A stretch of 64,000 nt of DNA, taken from positions 482,908-546,907 of the forward strand of contig NW_003314267.1 of NCBI RefSeq assembly GCF_000143415.4, read 5' to 3'. This document shows positions 61,469 to 64,000 of the stretch, one piece after another; position 1 is the first letter of the stretch, and each line of letters starts with the position of its first letter. The stretch is from Selaginella moellendorffii. Taxonomy: Eukaryota > Plantae > Lycopodiophyta. Made by a program: the position numbers and the translations under genes. The notes under the pieces were generated by a model. It did not search any database and was not told where the DNA came from. It saw nothing but the letters and a program-made list of their open reading frames with translations.

Positions 61469-61523
61469 GCTCCCTTACCTCAGCTGGTTAGAGCGTTGGT
61501 CTTATGAGCTGACTACAGGAGCA
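61469..61523 (+). pseudogene. tRNA-Ile(UAU)-derived pseudogene lacking the T-arm
   Basis: GCTCCCTTACCTCAGCTGGTTAGAGCGTTGGTCTTATGAGCTGA..GGAGCA retains the acceptor stem, D-arm/A-box and anticodon loop CT-TAT-GA, but has no GTTCGA/B-box. Confidence 0.8.
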
Positions 61524-62454
61524 CCTCCTCAAAGATCTATAGGCTTTCACAGCTTGATTGTTTTGTTTTTTCCAGATGAAACTATAAATGGTCGAAGTTA
61601 GATTGTAATGACTAGAACGAATGTAAGTGGAAATGCCAATGCGAGGTCTTAGGCCATTTACTCAAAATAATACACTTTTCAACTGGTTAACATAAAATAT
61701 CAAATGAATTTTCACCTTAGCTAGCAACTATACTCAATTACTAATACGTTCCAACACTTTATATAAACTAATATATCAATGAGAAAGTTTGTCATTCTTC
61801 ACACTCTGCAAAAACATTAATGTGTGTAAGCTTTTAAATTTAAATTTCCCAAGAAGTCTAGTCAAAATTGATTATTTTTTTCATTCTACTTTAGTTACTT
61901 AACCATTCTTTTAACCACTTGAAGGAGTCCCATTCATAACCTCCATAAGTCCTATTCCCAACTTGAGGACTTAATAGCCCCATGAATGGCATTTATGCCA
62001 CTTTACCTTTGCACTTGGTCTGAGTGCTCCACGTGTCCAATCTATAAAAAAAAACCTAAAGGTACTATTGACATATTAGCCTATTACACTAAAGTTATGT
62101 CCATTCACCTTCATCTCATTGGTAACCATCTATATCATAAACTCATCTCTTATGGACTAGGCCATATATCCATGAGTGGTCATTCTTTGACTATACCTTA
62201 GCACCCTTAGGATGTCAAGAGACATAGAGAACACCCTTCTTAATATCCTTTTTTCAATCCCCACTAAGTTACACTCTGTCGTAGATACAAATCCCTGAGC
62301 CATGAGTGTAACATGGTTGGACTAAAAGTTTTGACTTTGAAAGTGAGAGCAGAAGTGGAACTCTTCATGAAGGGCTTGAAGAATGAGCATGAATGATCAA
62401 TAAGTGAGCCCTTAGAAAGAGGCACAAGAGGATTAACACATGACATATGGAAGT

Positions 62455-62660
62455 GTCAAGACTAAGTCTGAGAAGGAGTCTAAAATGCAGTCCAAGTTGG
62501 AGTCCAAGATGGACTTGAGATGGACCTAAGATGGAGTCCGACATGGGCACAAGATGGAGTTTGAGATGGACCTAAGATGGATTCTGAAAAGGAGTTAGAG
62601 ATGGGCTTGAGATGGAGTTTGAGATAGACTCAAGATGGAGTCCAAGAAAGAGTTTGAGAT
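62455..62660. repeat. Degenerate 11-12-bp minisatellite (agatggagtcca / agatggacctaa)
   Basis: Repeated gatgga(g/c).. units run up to the family-B LTR. Confidence 0.75.
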
Positions 62661-64000
62661 TATAGCACATGTGGTTTTTACCCTTTATCCTATGGTGATT
62701 TACCATAGGATAACCACAAAGCAGAACTTAAGCCCTCTATGTGCCACATGTTATATGCCACGTGTCCAAAAGACAGTGGTGTGGAACCCAAATTTCAAAG
62801 CCTTGGGCCATTGAATGAAGGAACAGTGCCAAACTCCTAATCTAGAAGCCAAGGAGTGAAGGAACTGGACCACAGAGTAACTCCCGAGCATATAGCTTAA
62901 GGAGCGAAGGGATAGGAGCATGGAGCGACTTGGAATGGTCCTAAAGCATCCAACATCCCAATGCCAGAATCAACATGCAAAATGGAGTCAAATGGAATTT
63001 GGCGCTATTTTAGCATACCAATGGCCTAATATGAGAATATAGGTACTTCACCAATTAGCATGGTATGGAATTTGGGCTTAAACCCAAGCCTGATGTAGAA
63101 CAAGGATAGGCACACGAGTGGGAGGTAAACTATGCCTCAGGTTAGTTGGCCATACCCGACCTACCCACTATCCCTACTGTACATTTAGAACCCCCCCTGA
63201 GGAACACATGCTTTGGGCTTTCACCCCAAGCCTCCCTTAGTATCAAGAGTTAGTCTCTAGGACAAGCTCGAAACTTACTAAATATAGAATGTCCTTAAAT
63301 TGTGAATTTGGACATAGGACAAACACCGTTGTGTTTAGAACAATCTCTACATTCCATAGATATGCCAAATAAGTAAATCTAGACACTTTCGATAAATAGC
63401 ATTTGAGACCAAAATGAGACTAACACAAAGGGTATGATAGCAAGGGTGTTTGGCAAACATAGTAAGCTATCATTTAGCAAATATTGAGGGACCAAGCTCA
63501 ATATCACGGGGGTTCTTAATACTAGCAAGTGCAAGCTAGTGACACAAGTTTCTCAAACCAAACCGAATATGCTCAACAAGAAACACATAGGGTTCCTACC
63601 TTATGTTTATCCAATCTAAGTACATAGTCATTGACTAGTTTCCCAACTAGCTCAAATGGGAACTGATAATAGGTCTAGCAATACTAACCTTTTACTGTCG
63701 TGGTAGTAAGGAAAGAATATCCAAAAGGACTAGCTGACAGGTAACTTTTGATACCTAAAGTCACATTCACGATACTCTCCCCCCTTACGGAAGATTAACG
63801 TCCTTGTTGATGCATACTCTAGTATATACCACCAACAAAGAAACAACTTTAGAAAAAATTCACGGTAATCACATTATGTGAAAAATGCATCAACTTAAAT
63901 GAGTTAAGGTAGCCTTTGCATCTAACGCAAATGTGCTACCAACTCAAACACCTTCCGGCCATCGCCAACAAGGAAATGACTAATGGAGTTAGTCACCCTT
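62661..64000 (-). mobile_element. Older, more decayed family-B element: 3' LTR 62661-63774, PPT, and internal region running off the window
   Basis: Colinear with 20348-21700 but with many C>T/G>A changes; ctctccccccctt PPT at 63775. Confidence 0.9.

Overview
Eukaryotic plant DNA with ~55-70 nt introns and very tight gene packing. The style suggests the lycophyte Selaginella, which is an inference. Two gene islands alternate with transposon blocks. Island 1 (1-8.4 kb) holds a MYST acetyltransferase 3' end, a Tubby F-box gene, a JAZ gene, an uncharacterised gene, FAX/TMEM14 and RPP2. Island 2 (35.4-46.2 kb) holds RPA12, a GT-2 trihelix factor, Gemin2 and a RAV-type B3 gene. The block at 15.4-33.7 kb contains an internally deleted Ty3/gypsy element, a 1-kb inverted duplication with an orphan gag/frameshift fragment at its centre, and a tandem LTR-internal-LTR-internal-LTR array of a non-coding (LARD-like) retroelement. 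The most interesting object is a ~13-kb Mutator-like DNA transposon (about 47085-60086) that splits a decayed LINE. Besides a GCM-MULE(DDE)-SWIM transposase, it carries a divergently transcribed spliced gene joining a ParB/Srx-like domain to a prokaryote-type beta-class (N4C/N6A) DNA methyltransferase fold. That gene's first intron holds an array of long palindromes. Two inward-facing ORFs resembling the SGS3 zf-XS finger flank the pair. Together these look like a transposon-borne DNA-modification or anti-silencing cassette; this copy is pseudogenised. All domain calls come from motif recognition by eye; no database searches were run.
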